A DNA stretch of 64,000 bases, from positions 96,001-160,000 of the forward strand of contig CAVXLD010000012.1 in assembly GCA_963762565.1 (NCBI GenBank), read 5' to 3'. Numbering within the stretch: the first letter of the stretch is position 1; the number at the start of each line of letters is the position of its first letter. Positions 1 through 10,988 of this stretch are shown here, piece after piece. The position numbers and the translations under genes are program-made. The stretch is from an uncultured Verrucomicrobiae bacterium (lineage in GTDB: Bacteria > Verrucomicrobiota > Verrucomicrobiia > Chthoniobacterales > JAFAMB01). The notes under the pieces were generated by a model. That model did not search any database, was not told the origin of the DNA, and saw nothing but the letters and a program-made list of their open reading frames with translations.

Positions 1-1
1 T

Positions 2-583
2 GACCGGTGTGGAATTCCGTTCTCTTACCCAACCCGGATCGTCGAAATCCGTTCGAAGCCAGAGACCGAACCTACGAACCAAGTTTCTGCTTTGCTGCAA
101 GCCCAACCGCTGTTTGCCGACATGGAAACCGAGCAGATCCAAGCGCTCGCTAAATCCGCCCGGCATTTAAGGTATGGGAAAGGCGAAAAGATTATCGCCC
201 AGGGCGATCCCGGCGAATCTATGTACGTCCTTTCATCCGGCGTCGCTCAGGTTGCAGTCGAACGTGATAGCAAGTTATCAGATCTCGGCGAGCTGGCTAC
301 CGGCGAATGCTTTGGCGAGATGTCGTTACTAACTGGAGAACCTCGCACTGCTACCGTCACGGCCAAAACAGACTGCGACGTGGTGGAGATCGACCACATT
401 GCGATGCGCGACTTGTTGAAACGCGATCCTAAATTAGCGGACCACCTCAGCGAAACTCTTTCGGCTCGTCGGTCGCTTCTAGAAAATGAGTTGGCCAACC
501 CGAGAGATAACCAATCTATCACGCCCATCAGCCGGACCAAAGAGACCTTTTTGCTTAAGATCAAACAGCTGTTCGGCTTATAG
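2..583 (+). CDS. C-terminal part of a mechanosensitive channel (MscS family) with a cyclic-nucleotide-binding domain; 5' end lies outside the window
   Basis: Frame is open from base 2 and reads DRCGIPFSYPTRIVEI (resembles the MscS C-terminal strand), then a cNMP domain (IIAQGDPGESMYVLSSG, GECFGEMSLLTGEPRTATV). Confidence 0.75.
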   Translation, partial: DRCGIPFSYPTRIVEIRSKPETEPTNQVSALLQAQPLFADMETEQIQALAKSARHLRYGKGEKIIAQGDPGESMYVLSSGVAQVAVERDSKLSDLGELATGECFGEMSLLTGEPRTATVTAKTDCDVVEIDHIAMRDLLKRDPKLADHLSETLSARRSLLENELANPRDNQSITPISRTKETFLLKIKQLFGL

Positions 584-945
584 GTTACGAGTTGCGAGAG
601 TTGCGGGTTGCGGGTTACGAGTTGCGGTCGGGGTGGACCTAGGTTCTTTTCCGCCTGGCCTCTTTCCTCTTCCGGATTGGTCGGTCACGAGATTCCTATT
701 GCGCCTGAGAGGTGTCGATCGGATCAGAAAACCAGTTTCACGAACAAAGCTCTGCATGCCTTAAATGCATCGAAGTCCCGAAAGTCGTCTATGTTAGCCA
801 TCGGACGCCATTAGCCAAACCGTGTGCGACGAGCGACAACTGAGTGATTCATTTTTCCCCTCTTGCATGCTTCCCCGCAACCCGTAACTCGAACCCGCAA
901 CTGCTAACCCGTAACCCGCAACTCCTAACTCGCAACCCGCAACCC
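583..945. repeat. Inverted pair of heptamer tandem arrays flanking about 245 bp of unique sequence
   Basis: Left arm 583-628 has GTTACGA/GTTGCGG units; right arm 875-945 has the complementary AACCCGC/AACTCGC units and ends at the ribD ATG. Confidence 0.85.
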
Positions 946-1965
946 ATGGACCCTGACGCCAACTGGATGAGGATTGCGCTTCGAGAAGCGGAGAAAGGGC
1001 TTGGGCGTTGCAGCCCCAACCCTGCGGTGGGAGCTGTCGTAGTGAAAAGCGGACGATTGGTGGCGACCGGCTATCATCGCAAGGCTGGCAGACCGCACGC
1101 GGAAATCGAGGCGCTAAGCAGAGCTCCGGCTTCCGCGCTCTGCGGCTCTACGCTCTATGTCACCCTGGAACCCTGCTCTACTTTCGGACGGACGCCGCCC
1201 TGCACCGACGCGATTATTGCAGTGGGGATCAGACGAGTAGTGATTGGGGCGATCGATTGCAACCCGGTCCATGCGGGGAAAGGAATTGAGTGTCTGCGCT
1301 CGGCCGGCATTCGAGTCACAACGGGTGTCCTTGAGAGTCAGTGCCGGCATCTGAACGTTGGTTTTGATCGATGGATCAGTTCGGGGCGCCCCTGGGTAAT
1401 CGCAAAAATTGCTCAATCACTAGATGGTCGGATTACCCGGCCGCCAGGTGAATCATCCAAATTAACTGGGGCAATCGCACATCGGCGAGTACAAGCCCTG
1501 CGGGCAACCGTGGATGCCATTATGATCGGAGCAGAGACTTTGCGCCAAGATAACCCCCGGTTGACGGTCCGCGGCATTCGAGCAGCCAGACAGCCATGGC
1601 GCGTGCTCGTAACCCGTAAAGGCGCATTGCCGGCAGATTCGAGGCTTCTGACAGACGGCTACCGCAGACGCACATTGATTTATCAAGCCAGATCATGGGA
1701 CGAAGTGTTAGTGGACCTGGGCAAACGGGGTGTAACCCGGCTCCTGGTTGAAGGCGGTGGCGAAGTCCTTGGAGGATTGCTGGACGCAGATCTAATCGAT
1801 GAGGTTTGGAGTTTCTTTGCTCCTCTACTAACCGGGGGCGATAAACCATCGTTCGGCGGCACCGGTGTAGCTGGAAACGCTGAAGCCAAGCAACTGAACG
1901 ACTGCCGATTCGAGCGCTTTGAGGACGATATACTGGTCCGCGGTTTCGTTCATCTGCCGGATTGA
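946..1965 (+). CDS. ribD: Bifunctional riboflavin biosynthesis deaminase/reductase
   Basis: PNPAVGAVVV, HAE, TLEPC..PPC zinc motif, AQSLDG, VEGGG. Start moved to ATG 946 because the 844-945 extension is translated repeat. Confidence 0.95.
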   Translation: MDPDANWMRIALREAEKGLGRCSPNPAVGAVVVKSGRLVATGYHRKAGRPHAEIEALSRAPASALCGSTLYVTLEPCSTFGRTPPCTDAIIAVGIRRVVIGAIDCNPVHAGKGIECLRSAGIRVTTGVLESQCRHLNVGFDRWISSGRPWVIAKIAQSLDGRITRPPGESSKLTGAIAHRRVQALRATVDAIMIGAETLRQDNPRLTVRGIRAARQPWRVLVTRKGALPADSRLLTDGYRRRTLIYQARSWDEVLVDLGKRGVTRLLVEGGGEVLGGLLDADLIDEVWSFFAPLLTGGDKPSFGGTGVAGNAEAKQLNDCRFERFEDDILVRGFVHLPD

Positions 1966-2018
1966 TGAAGTCGGCGTTCTCGTTGCGAAACCGGACCAAA
2001 AACATTAGGCTTCGGTTT

Positions 2019-2732
2019 ATGTCGGCAGGTGGCATCAAGCATCATCTGCCTGGTTTTGACCAGGCGCTGGATACGTTGAAAGAAGATGTGACGCTGATGG
2101 CGAATCTCGTGAGTCGCAATTTGGCCAATGCCCGCTCCGGGTTCGCTGAACATGACGAAGATTTCTCCGCTGCCGTGATCGCGGATGACGATGAGGTCGA
2201 TCTCTTAGAAAAACAGGTGGATCGGCTCGGAACTGAGATCTTAACACGGTACCAGCCGATGATTACGGATCTGCGCATCGTTCTGGCGACGATTAAGCTA
2301 AGTAATATCTTGGAACGAGCCTCTAACCACGCGGTGTCAATCGCCCGGCGGTCCAGGAAACTAGCCGAGTATTCGAATCCGGCGGATGAAGAAGACTCAC
2401 TTTTAAATCATTTCGATGCAGTGATTCGTCTTTTCAGCGAGGCTATCCTCGCGTTTCGCGATGTAGACGCGATCGGAGCGGGCCGGGTACTGGGAAGAAC
2501 GGAATCGTTAGCGGAAGCGGGACGAGACTTTGTTGAGAGATTCACTGAACGGCTAGAGGAGCGGCCTTTTGGTTCACGCACCTACGTCAACCTAATGGCG
2601 GTCGCTCAGAGCCTGGAGGAAATCACTTATCTGGCCGAGCAAATTGCCAACGAAATTGTCTACATTGCGGAGGCGCGTGATATTCGTCATCCGCGTAATA
2701 CATTGGCTGAAACCGAGGAAACGCCCCGATGA
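2019..2732 (+). CDS. phoU: PhoU family phosphate signalling protein
   Basis: DDEVDLLE..RYQPMITDLR..LERASNHA and a second repeat LEEITYLAEQIANEIVY; DIRH near the C-terminus. Confidence 0.85.
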   Translation: MSAGGIKHHLPGFDQALDTLKEDVTLMANLVSRNLANARSGFAEHDEDFSAAVIADDDEVDLLEKQVDRLGTEILTRYQPMITDLRIVLATIKLSNILERASNHAVSIARRSRKLAEYSNPADEEDSLLNHFDAVIRLFSEAILAFRDVDAIGAGRVLGRTESLAEAGRDFVERFTERLEERPFGSRTYVNLMAVAQSLEEITYLAEQIANEIVYIAEARDIRHPRNTLAETEETPR

Positions 2733-3235
2733 ATCGTGTCACTGGATTGGTTCTCGTTTTAGTCGGTTTTGTGCTGGTTCAAGGATGCGCAAATAACGTT
2801 GCTTCTCAGCAAATGTCAGCATACTCGATCGCGACCGGTTTTTTAACCCTGTGCGATGATTCAGATTTCGATCACGCGCTTGAGCATTTCGCGAAACCGC
2901 TAAAGGCGAGTCCCGCCGGCGCTCAGTGGGTTGAAAGTATGCAAAAAAACCGGGCTAATTATGGGATACCGGTGCTGAGAGCATTAGTCTCAAGGGATGG
3001 CCGGAAACTAGACGGTACCAAAGAGGATCTCGCTAGAATTAACTTCGTTTTTCGTACCTCATTTGTCGGGACGACGCCCAGCGACGAATCTGTCTCAGTG
3101 GAGAAATTCAACGGTAGGTGGCAGGTGTACGACTACAAATTTAAACCCTCGGGAAAACCCCCCGCGGACAGACCGAAGATTAACATCAAGAAGACTTGGG
3201 AAGAGCAAAATGACGACGACGATTCAGGAGATTAG
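2729..3235 (+). CDS. Putative lipoprotein, DUF4019-like
   Basis: Signal peptide with lipobox VQGC; FRTSF..E..GRWQV pattern; ATGA overlap with phoU. Confidence 0.6.
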   Translation: MNRVTGLVLVLVGFVLVQGCANNVASQQMSAYSIATGFLTLCDDSDFDHALEHFAKPLKASPAGAQWVESMQKNRANYGIPVLRALVSRDGRKLDGTKEDLARINFVFRTSFVGTTPSDESVSVEKFNGRWQVYDYKFKPSGKPPADRPKINIKKTWEEQNDDDDSGD

Positions 3236-3243
3236 CGGGGACA

Positions 3244-4131
3244 CTAGTCGTGTCCAACTAAGCGCAGCAGATTTTTACCCAATACTTTCTCCTGTTCTTC
3301 AACGCTAAGACCGGCGGTCACCACGTCGTTCAGGAATCGCTTAAAGTCCGGTTCCCGCTGCTCACGCGGATACAAAAGCAGAGGGTAGTCAGATCCGTAT
3401 AAGACCCGGTCTACGCCGACCAAATCGATTACTTGGCGAAATACTCGTTTGTCATAAAGAAGCGGAGAAGCGGCACAATCGTAGGTGACGTTCCGCAGAA
3501 TCTGGTGAAGCTGAGGGTTCAGCTCATAAAAAGGAAGGCCACCGCCCCAGTGTGCCAGAATCAGCTTTGCCGTAGGGAATTCTCTCGCCAAGCGTATGAA
3601 ATTCTCCAGTGGCGTGGATCGGTTAACCGCAGTTGTGGGAACCAAGGGATCAGTGACGTGTAGGTTAACCGGTGCCTGGCGCTCGGCTGCTATTTGAAGG
3701 ACGCGCACAAAATAAGTGTCGTCGTATGCAAACCCTTGGACTTGAGGAAATAGCTCTCCGATACCACAAAACCCGGCATCAAGAGCCCGTTCTAACGAAT
3801 CCAACGCCGCCTGTTTCGCCCTAGGTTGGACCGCAACGAAAGCCAGCAGACGATCCGGATGCTCGGTAAGCAAATCTCTGAACCAGCGGTTTTGCAGATC
3901 ACAGGTTTCCTGGTTTTCCCAATACCAGCCTAGGAGGACGCATTTTTCGATGCCAGCCCGGTCCATATCTCGCAACAGAACCGCCGAAGTTGCCCAGCCC
4001 TGGATCGATCGTCGCCCGACTGGCGCAACACAGCTAGTCCACCAAGGTTCCCCGCGTTCGGTCCCCCACTTGACCGGATCAGCCGATACTTCTTCAGAAT
4101 AAAAATGAACGTGAGAATCGACGATCCGCAT
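3244..4131 (-). CDS. Amidohydrolase family protein (amidohydrolase_2-like)
   Basis: IVDSHVH, GIGEL, LAHWG, YGSDYP; start moved to MRIVD. Confidence 0.88.
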   Translation of the reverse strand: MRIVDSHVHFYSEEVSADPVKWGTERGEPWWTSCVAPVGRRSIQGWATSAVLLRDMDRAGIEKCVLLGWYWENQETCDLQNRWFRDLLTEHPDRLLAFVAVQPRAKQAALDSLERALDAGFCGIGELFPQVQGFAYDDTYFVRVLQIAAERQAPVNLHVTDPLVPTTAVNRSTPLENFIRLAREFPTAKLILAHWGGGLPFYELNPQLHQILRNVTYDCAASPLLYDKRVFRQVIDLVGVDRVLYGSDYPLLLYPREQREPDFKRFLNDVVTAGLSVEEQEKVLGKNLLRLVGHD

Positions 4132-4137
4132 CGGGTT

Positions 4138-4348
4138 GGTAGGGCGAGGTTCCGGCATGATGCTGACGGTCTCGCAGCGCAAACCGTGTCAGAATAGGCA
4201 AACTCTGCAACACCAAAGAGCCGCCGAGCCGCAATTCGCGCCCCACTCCCTCGGCTTCGCCGCCTCGCAAACCATTGCAACCAAAAATGGCGATAGCCGT
4301 CCTGTCCCTCTGCGATCGGTCTTCGAAAGCAGGGAGCCTCGCCCTAAC
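4138..4348. repeat. REPIN/MITE-like element, family A (terminal IR GGTRGGGCGAGGYTCC)
   Basis: ggtagggcgaggttcc...ggagcctcgccctaac, 211 bp, with internal gccgagccg. Confidence 0.75.
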
Positions 4349-4508
4349 AAACTGTTTTCTTCTGGCCTCGAGTCGCTAAAAAAGGTTACTAGGGAAGGGT
4401 TCTGGGGGGACTAAACCATCGACGTTATCGACTGCTATAGTGAGCAACTCTTAGTTGGCTCTACTATGGCCCGAGTGATACTTTCATTTCGGGCCAGGAC
4501 GGGCGATT

Positions 4509-5300
4509 ATGTCATGCGGTGTCGCCCGACAGCCTATGACACCGGGTATACTGCTCTTTTATTTGCTACTTAGTTCCAGTTGTGACGAAGCGGCCAAAGC
4601 AGCTGCTGAGGTTCGTCAGCATCAACTAGAGGAAGCCGTTTTTGCCAATAGCGCCCAGGAATGCCTCAACGCGCTCGTAGACAACGCGAATCCAGACGGG
4701 ATAGTCGATCTAACACCGGCACGCCTCGCTGAACTAAACCTTCATTCACATCGATTATTCCATTATTTTGCTGAGGAGACCAAAGCAACACCGCTGATTC
4801 TCGCTGCCAGTCTAGGGGAAGACGACGTTTGTTCCACTCTGCTTGCACACGGAGCGAAACTCTTTGAGAAGTCGCAGTGGGGATGGGTCGCAGCTCAGTA
4901 TGCCGCGAGAACGGAACATCCCGAGCTTGCTAGCCGGCTTATGGAGTCCGATCCGCTCTCAGTCCGTTTTTCGATTTTGGTCGACCTCAGCCACCAAAAA
5001 GTCGTTCTTTACAAGGACGGCGCCGCCGTAGTCACGGGGAAGATCTCGACTGGGCGTCCGGGCTACGACACTCCTCCGGGGCATTACCTGGTCACCGACA
5101 AGATACGGATGCAGAAATCGACCATCTACAAAGTACGAATGCCGTACTTTCTCCGGCTGTCATTCAGCGAATACGGCATCCATCAAGGAGTTAATCCAGG
5201 TCGACCCGCCAGCCACGGATGTATCCGCATAGGGGAGGAAACTGTCGCAAAAAGCGTCTTCGACCAGACACCGATTGGGACGCTAGTCACAATAGAGTGA
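4509..5300 (+). CDS. L,D-transpeptidase (YkuD) family protein with an ankyrin-like segment
   Basis: TPLILAA..LLAHGA ankyrin motif; VDLSHQ, ISTG, TPPG, YGIH..ASHGCIR catalytic motif. Confidence 0.88.
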   Translation: MSCGVARQPMTPGILLFYLLLSSSCDEAAKAAAEVRQHQLEEAVFANSAQECLNALVDNANPDGIVDLTPARLAELNLHSHRLFHYFAEETKATPLILAASLGEDDVCSTLLAHGAKLFEKSQWGWVAAQYAARTEHPELASRLMESDPLSVRFSILVDLSHQKVVLYKDGAAVVTGKISTGRPGYDTPPGHYLVTDKIRMQKSTIYKVRMPYFLRLSFSEYGIHQGVNPGRPASHGCIRIGEETVAKSVFDQTPIGTLVTIE

Positions 5301-5320
5301 TTCGGGAAGACGCTCTCTTT

Positions 5321-5531
5321 GGTGGGGCGAGGCTCCCGAAAGGCCGGGGGTTTGACCAAGGTTGAGCATTACAGACCCTATTGAATCAAGGTGCAGGGCC
5401 GGAAAACGCGCCGAGCCGTGGTTTATCGTGGGTCACGGCTCGGCGCTTTTAGACCTAGCGACATCATTTAATTGGTGAATGCCAGAAAGCTTCGCTCTTT
5501 GTCTGAGGCCTTTCGGGAGCCTCGCCCAACC
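5321..5531. repeat. REPIN/MITE-like element, family A
   Basis: ggtggggcgaggctcccgaaaggcc...ggcctttcgggagcctcgcccaacc, 211 bp, with internal hairpin gcgccgagccgtg..cacggctcggcgc. Confidence 0.85.
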
Positions 5532-5533
5532 AA

Positions 5534-7108
5534 TCACATCTCATCAATCACTTCCCGCCCCGCACTGGCCAACGCCCCAAAAGCGATAACGGTCACTAGT
5601 AACGGCAGCGCGTACCGGGGCATGGCGTAAATGAAAACGCAGTTAGTTGCGTAAATCAGCACTCCGACGCTTAAGATGCTCAGTCCGATGAAGAGATGCT
5701 TGGGTGGTAAAAGACCGCGTCTCGCTCGCCAAATACCAAGCGCGATAAACAAAATTGTCCAAGCCAGAATCGGCAGCCAGCGCCAGTGCCGGATCATAAA
5801 ATCCTTCGCCGCCCGCTCAAGGGTCGCGTTGGCCTTGCTCGGAACGAAGATCGGTAATTCGCTGATCCCGATCCAGTCGGAGGGAGTTTCCGCGATGCGC
5901 TCAAGAGAAAAGTAGGTCGCTTTCGGGGCTGAAATTGCGATCCCCTGGTCGTTTGTGGGCACGAACCCATGCCAAAAGTCGCTCGCAATTTCCTTAATCA
6001 AGCCGCCATTGAAAGTCCGATAGAAGCACAATGACGATTGCAAGATGAGTTCGTCTTTTTCGGCCAATAACTTTTCGCCTTGGAATCCACGTTCCTGTAA
6101 GACGGCCGCTAACGCCTCTCCTGTGCCGTTGTCATAGGAGCCGATGTCGATTTGAAATTGGATAGCGAGCTTGACAAGGGGATCGCTTGTAAGCCCTTGA
6201 ACAGCACTTAACAAAGTTTGTTTTTGTTCTGTAGAAAGTCGATCCACCCAGGTCGCAATGCGTCCGCTCATTGTCCTACCCACGCCCGAGCGTTCGACTA
6301 TTCCGAATTGGTGACACAACACTTTAGACACCACTTTTTCGGCCCCTAATCCAAACGAGCTGCAGATCAACGCTGTGATCGCTGTCAGCGAGAGTGAACG
6401 CCAGGGACGGTCCGTCAATTTTTCACCGCGCGACAGGAACGACCAGAGCACCAATAAGATCGCGGTTCCAGGCAACCAGATCAGGACGATCGCATTGATG
6501 TGCCGCGAACCCACCGTCAGGAAAACGGCGGCCGTATAAATCACCCAGGAACGCCACGTAGCCCTGTGAAGTAAGGCTCGAAGCCCCACCCCGAAAACCA
6601 GAAAATAAGTGATCGATGTCATCGCCTCAGAACCGCCGGTATGAGCGAAAGCGTAGAAGCTGGCGATCGACGCTAATAAAATGGTGATTGCGCCGCGCGC
6701 CGTGTCTCGGGCGGGAAAAGAAAAAAGGAAGTACCGCAATGCCAGCCAGAGGCCAGCGTGTTGAACCACAACCAACCCGTAGACCGCAATCAACGAGGGA
6801 TGCTGGCGCTCAAAAATGCCCGGTGCGCGCCCATTAAGCACACTATCGATAAGAAGAAATGGAACTCGGGCCAGGAACGAATAGACCGCTGGGAAATGCA
6901 GAATGTTATCGTCATACGCCGGCGCAATCAGTTGGACCGTCGCATCGATATCCTTCCAAAAGGGCAAATACCTAAAAAGGAACCAGAGAGACGGCAACAC
7001 CAGAATCGGCGTTGGATGCCGGCCAAGAAGAGCAAGCGCTTTAGCGGCATAGGAGCCCGCAGAACGCAATACTTTAGGCATGCGAATACCTAGACGGCGC
7101 GGAGCCAC
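5534..7108 (-). CDS. Polytopic membrane protein, possible GT-C-type glycosyltransferase
   Basis: Many hydrophobic segments and a large soluble loop; D..HFPAVY..Q..SE..R..PRY motif order. Confidence 0.6.
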   Translation of the reverse strand: MAPRRLGIRMPKVLRSAGSYAAKALALLGRHPTPILVLPSLWFLFRYLPFWKDIDATVQLIAPAYDDNILHFPAVYSFLARVPFLLIDSVLNGRAPGIFERQHPSLIAVYGLVVVQHAGLWLALRYFLFSFPARDTARGAITILLASIASFYAFAHTGGSEAMTSITYFLVFGVGLRALLHRATWRSWVIYTAAVFLTVGSRHINAIVLIWLPGTAILLVLWSFLSRGEKLTDRPWRSLSLTAITALICSSFGLGAEKVVSKVLCHQFGIVERSGVGRTMSGRIATWVDRLSTEQKQTLLSAVQGLTSDPLVKLAIQFQIDIGSYDNGTGEALAAVLQERGFQGEKLLAEKDELILQSSLCFYRTFNGGLIKEIASDFWHGFVPTNDQGIAISAPKATYFSLERIAETPSDWIGISELPIFVPSKANATLERAAKDFMIRHWRWLPILAWTILFIALGIWRARRGLLPPKHLFIGLSILSVGVLIYATNCVFIYAMPRYALPLLVTVIAFGALASAGREVIDEM

Positions 7109-7183
7109 GGATTCAGGCTTTTGACCCCGGTTGGTTTGAAATCGCTTTCGTTTCGAGAAACCAAGGTCAGATCGTGAAATTCC

Positions 7184-8311
7184 CTATCGCTGGTCGATGG
7201 GCACGAATTTTCGGCCGACCGGCTCGCCCACGTATTGGCTTAACGGCCGGTATAAACGATTATCCGAGAGTTGTTCCAGAATATGCGCCGTCCAACCTGC
7301 AGTCCGCGAGATGGCAAAGATCGGCGTGAAAAGATCGGTCGGAATTCCCAGAGAATAGTAAACCGTGGCCGAATAGAAATCGACGTTCGCGTAAAGTCCC
7401 TTCTTCTCTTTCATTAACTCGGCGATCCGCTCTGACATTGCGATCCATTTGGGTTCGCCAAGCTCGCTGCTTAGCTCGACCGCCATACGCCGAAGATGGG
7501 GGGCGCGCGGATCAAGCACTTTATAAACGCGGTGCCCAATCCCCATGATCCGTTTCTTTTCGGCCAAGGCTTTCTCTACGTAGGCATCGACATTTTTCGG
7601 GTCACCGATCTCTTGCAGCATGTGGATCACCCCTTCATTGGCGCCGCCATGTAGAGGGCCTTTCAGGGTCGCGATCGCCGCTGTGATTGCCGAATAGATG
7701 TCCGTGAGCGTCGATATCGTCACCCGCGCACTGAAAGTCGAGGCGTTCATCCCGTGTTCGGCGTGTAGAACATAGGCAACATCCAGAGTCTCGACTTTCT
7801 TCGCGGAAGGCTCGGCGCCGTCGAGCAGATAAAGGAAATGAGCGGCCTCACCCAGATCTTTTCTAATTTTCGGTAAGTCCAGACCGTTTCTGTCTCGATG
7901 GAAATAAGCGATGATCACGCTAACTTTAGCTAGAACCGAGACGGCTCTGCGTTGGTTAGCAGCAAAGGTGTCGTCCACTACGAGGCTGGGATCGTGTAAC
8001 CCCAGCATCGATACAGCAGTCCGCAGAACATCAATCGGGATAGCCGTTCGAGGGGTTGATTTTATGAATTCAATGACCTGCGCCGGTAGTTCGCGCTCGT
8101 CGGCTAGCTGTCCCTTGAGTTCTGTTAGCTCGGCTTGCGTGGGGAGCCGATCGTTCCACAACAGATAAATGACTTCTTCGAAGGAAGCTTTTCCGGCTAA
8201 CTCATTGATCTCGTAGCCACAATAGATGAGCTGACCCTCTTGGCCGCGGACGTCACCCAATCGGGTCTCGTTAGCGATTACTCCTTCTAGTCCTCTCGCA
8301 AACTGGCTCAT
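7184..8311 (-). CDS. gltA: Citrate synthase
   Basis: GLEGV, HAEHGMNASTF, GPLHGGANE, GIGHRVYK, ANVDFYS. Confidence 0.93.
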   Translation of the reverse strand: MSQFARGLEGVIANETRLGDVRGQEGQLIYCGYEINELAGKASFEEVIYLLWNDRLPTQAELTELKGQLADERELPAQVIEFIKSTPRTAIPIDVLRTAVSMLGLHDPSLVVDDTFAANQRRAVSVLAKVSVIIAYFHRDRNGLDLPKIRKDLGEAAHFLYLLDGAEPSAKKVETLDVAYVLHAEHGMNASTFSARVTISTLTDIYSAITAAIATLKGPLHGGANEGVIHMLQEIGDPKNVDAYVEKALAEKKRIMGIGHRVYKVLDPRAPHLRRMAVELSSELGEPKWIAMSERIAELMKEKKGLYANVDFYSATVYYSLGIPTDLFTPIFAISRTAGWTAHILEQLSDNRLYRPLSQYVGEPVGRKFVPIDQR

Positions 8312-8348
8312 AAGCGACAAATATTCCGCTCCTACCGGAGCTATGATT

Positions 8349-9224
8349 CTAATTCTTAAATACCTTAATTAATGTATCGGCGATTGCCGCAGGCGTTTCC
8401 GCCACCGCGACCCCTGCTGCCTTAAATGCTTCAATTTTGGCAGCCGCCGTGCCGCTACTTCCGGCAACGATCGCGCCGGCGTGCCCCATCCTCCGGCCGG
8501 GCGGAGCAGTTGCTCCCGCAACGAAAGCACAAACCGGTTTCTTTAAGCTTGTTTTGATCCAACCGGCGGCCTCTTCCTCATCGCTTCCGCCGATCTCTCC
8601 GATTAGAATCACAGCCTTTGTGTCAGGATCTTCGGCAAACATTTTTAGCGCCTCCAACTGCGATATTCCGTGAATTGGATCCCCGCCAACACCAATGCAG
8701 GTCGATTGCCCGTATCCTCGCTGGGTAAGCTGCCACACCGCTTCATAAGTGAGAGTGCCTGATCGCGAGATCACCCCGACGTTACCCCGCTTGTGAATAT
8801 ACCCGGGCATGATACCGATCTTGCATTCTCCGGGTGTGATGATCCCGGGGCAGTTCGGCCCGAGCAAACGGCTCTTAGAATTTTTGATGGCCTCTTTGAC
8901 CCGCATCATGTCCATAACCGGGATTCCTTCCGTAATGCAAACAATCAGCTCAACGCCAGCGTCAGCAGCTTCAAGAATCGCGTCCGCAGCAAAAGGCGCT
9001 GGGACAAAGATCATGGTGGCGTTGCAGCCTGTCTGTTTACGCGCCTCACTGACCGTGTCGTAAATCGGTACTTTCCCATCGAAGCTCTGTTTTCCTTTTC
9101 CGGGTGTCACACCCGCAACGACGTTTGTGCCATACTCCATGCACCCGCGGGCATGAAAAGCGCCGGATTGGCCGGTGATTCCCTGGACCAGGAGCTTCGT
9201 ACTTCGATTAACTAAGATAGACAT
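8349..9224 (-). CDS. sucD: Succinyl-CoA synthetase alpha subunit
   Basis: [27 protein letters not shown]. Confidence 0.97.
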   Translation of the reverse strand: MSILVNRSTKLLVQGITGQSGAFHARGCMEYGTNVVAGVTPGKGKQSFDGKVPIYDTVSEARKQTGCNATMIFVPAPFAADAILEAADAGVELIVCITEGIPVMDMMRVKEAIKNSKSRLLGPNCPGIITPGECKIGIMPGYIHKRGNVGVISRSGTLTYEAVWQLTQRGYGQSTCIGVGGDPIHGISQLEALKMFAEDPDTKAVILIGEIGGSDEEEAAGWIKTSLKKPVCAFVAGATAPPGRRMGHAGAIVAGSSGTAAAKIEAFKAAGVAVAETPAAIADTLIKVFKN

Positions 9225-9237
9225 TTTTGGAGCGGTT

Positions 9238-9606
9238 CTAAGCGTGTCTTTTGTGGACTGTTAATTTGTTCCCGTCGGGATCAGCAACCACCGCCATCCA
9301 ACAGACCGGCGTTTCCATGGGTTCAAGATCAAAAGGTATCTGCTTTGCCTTGAGCTCAGCGATCGCGGCCTCAAAATCAACCACTTCGAAAGCTACATTC
9401 GGGCCATCAGGTGAAGGCTTCCAATTTTCTTTTGCCATATTACTGATGGCAAAGGTGGTCGACCCGAGGTCGTACTCTATCCAAACGCTGTCGCCGCCGC
9501 CAAACGTTCGGGACGGCGATAGACCAAGAACCCCTTCGTAGAACGTACGGGCGCGCTCGGCATCGGTTACCGGGTAACCTATGAATGCGACTTCTGCGAT
9601 TTGCAT
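9238..9606 (-). CDS. VOC/glyoxalase family protein
   Basis: [22 protein letters not shown]. Confidence 0.88.
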   Translation of the reverse strand: MQIAEVAFIGYPVTDAERARTFYEGVLGLSPSRTFGGGDSVWIEYDLGSTTFAISNMAKENWKPSPDGPNVAFEVVDFEAAIAELKAKQIPFDLEPMETPVCWMAVVADPDGNKLTVHKRHA

Positions 9607-9639
9607 GGCTTGATCTCTCAAAAAGTCGGATTTGCTAGG

Positions 9640-10824
9640 CTATCCCCGTGCTGCGGCAACGACCAGTTTCGCGGCTTCGGCCAAATCTGCGGCTGCTCGA
9701 ATCGGGAGTTTCGATTCAGTCAAAAGTTTCTTGCCTTGATCGACGTTCGTACCCTCCAGCCGGACCACCAGCGGTACCGGAAGGGTCACCGCTCTCACGG
9801 CGTTAATGATCCCCTGGGCAATCACATCGCAGCGCATGATCCCTCCGAAGATATTCACTAAGATCGCCTTTACGTTCTTATCCGAGATCAAGATTTTGAA
9901 CGCCTCAGTGACCTGTTCTTCACTGGCGCCGCCTCCAACGTCCAGAAAGTTGGCCGGCCGGCCACCAGCGTATTTAACAATATCCATTGTCGCCATCGCC
10001 AGGCCGGCGCCATTAACCAAGCAAGCGATATCCCCATCGAGGCCGATATAGTTCAGGCTGAACTTCGACGCTTCGACTTCACGCGGGTCCTCTTCATTTT
10101 CGTCCCGCATCGCCACTACGTCGGGGTGCCGATACAACGCGTTATCGTCAAAATTGAATTTAGCATCCAGCGCGAGCACCTCACCGCTCTTGGTCACCGC
10201 CAGCGGATTGATCTCAACCATTGAACAATCCAGCGTGCTGAACAGCTTGTACACATTCAGGATGAGTTTTGCGGCCGCTTTCAATTGATCGCCGGAAAAC
10301 TCCAGATGCCGGGCAAGTTTGTATGCCATGAACGGCGGCATCCCTAAAAGCGGATGTATTTTCTCCCGATAAATCTTATCGGGCGATTTTTCGGCGACGG
10401 TTTCGATATCGACCCCGCCCTCGGTACTAACTACCACCACTGGCACGCCGCTTTCCCGGTCCAGCAATATCGCGAAGTACACTTCACGCTGAATCTCAAC
10501 GGATTCTGCCACCATGATTTTTCGAACCAGGCGACCATCAGGACCGGTCTGATTCGTCACGAGGTAGTGACCCAACATGTTCTGAGCAAGTTCACGCGCT
10601 TCGGCCGGAGTCGAACAAAGCCGTACACCGCCCTTAAGCCCATTCTTGAAAACGCCCTTGCCTCTACCTCCCGCATGAATTTGTGCTTTCACTACGAGAT
10701 GGGATGTCTTGAGATCAGTGGCTGCTTTTTCTGCCTCTTCCGGCGTATCAGCCGGCAAACCCTTCGGAGAGGCAACTCCGAAACGTTGGAAGAGTTCTTT
10801 TGCCTGGTATTCGTGGATATTCAT
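9640..10824 (-). CDS. sucC: Succinyl-CoA synthetase beta subunit
   Basis: [38 protein letters not shown]. Confidence 0.97.
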   Translation of the reverse strand: MNIHEYQAKELFQRFGVASPKGLPADTPEEAEKAATDLKTSHLVVKAQIHAGGRGKGVFKNGLKGGVRLCSTPAEARELAQNMLGHYLVTNQTGPDGRLVRKIMVAESVEIQREVYFAILLDRESGVPVVVVSTEGGVDIETVAEKSPDKIYREKIHPLLGMPPFMAYKLARHLEFSGDQLKAAAKLILNVYKLFSTLDCSMVEINPLAVTKSGEVLALDAKFNFDDNALYRHPDVVAMRDENEEDPREVEASKFSLNYIGLDGDIACLVNGAGLAMATMDIVKYAGGRPANFLDVGGGASEEQVTEAFKILISDKNVKAILVNIFGGIMRCDVIAQGIINAVRAVTLPVPLVVRLEGTNVDQGKKLLTESKLPIRAAADLAEAAKLVVAAARG

Positions 10825-10988
10825 GAGGAGAACGAAAGACGACCTGATCCGGCCGACCTGACGCCTACATAGGTCTGGCCGGGAATGGCGTCAAGTCACG
10901 TCCGTCAACGAGCGGGCGTGCCATGAATCCCGAGAAGCAATACGCCGACTAGAGCCGCGAACAGGTGTGAGCAAAAGAGAATCAATCC

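Noticed and set aside
630..945. FMN riboswitch upstream of ribD (also checked upstream of ribE)
   Set aside because: The conserved RFN motifs were not found; both leaders are occupied by heptamer repeats.
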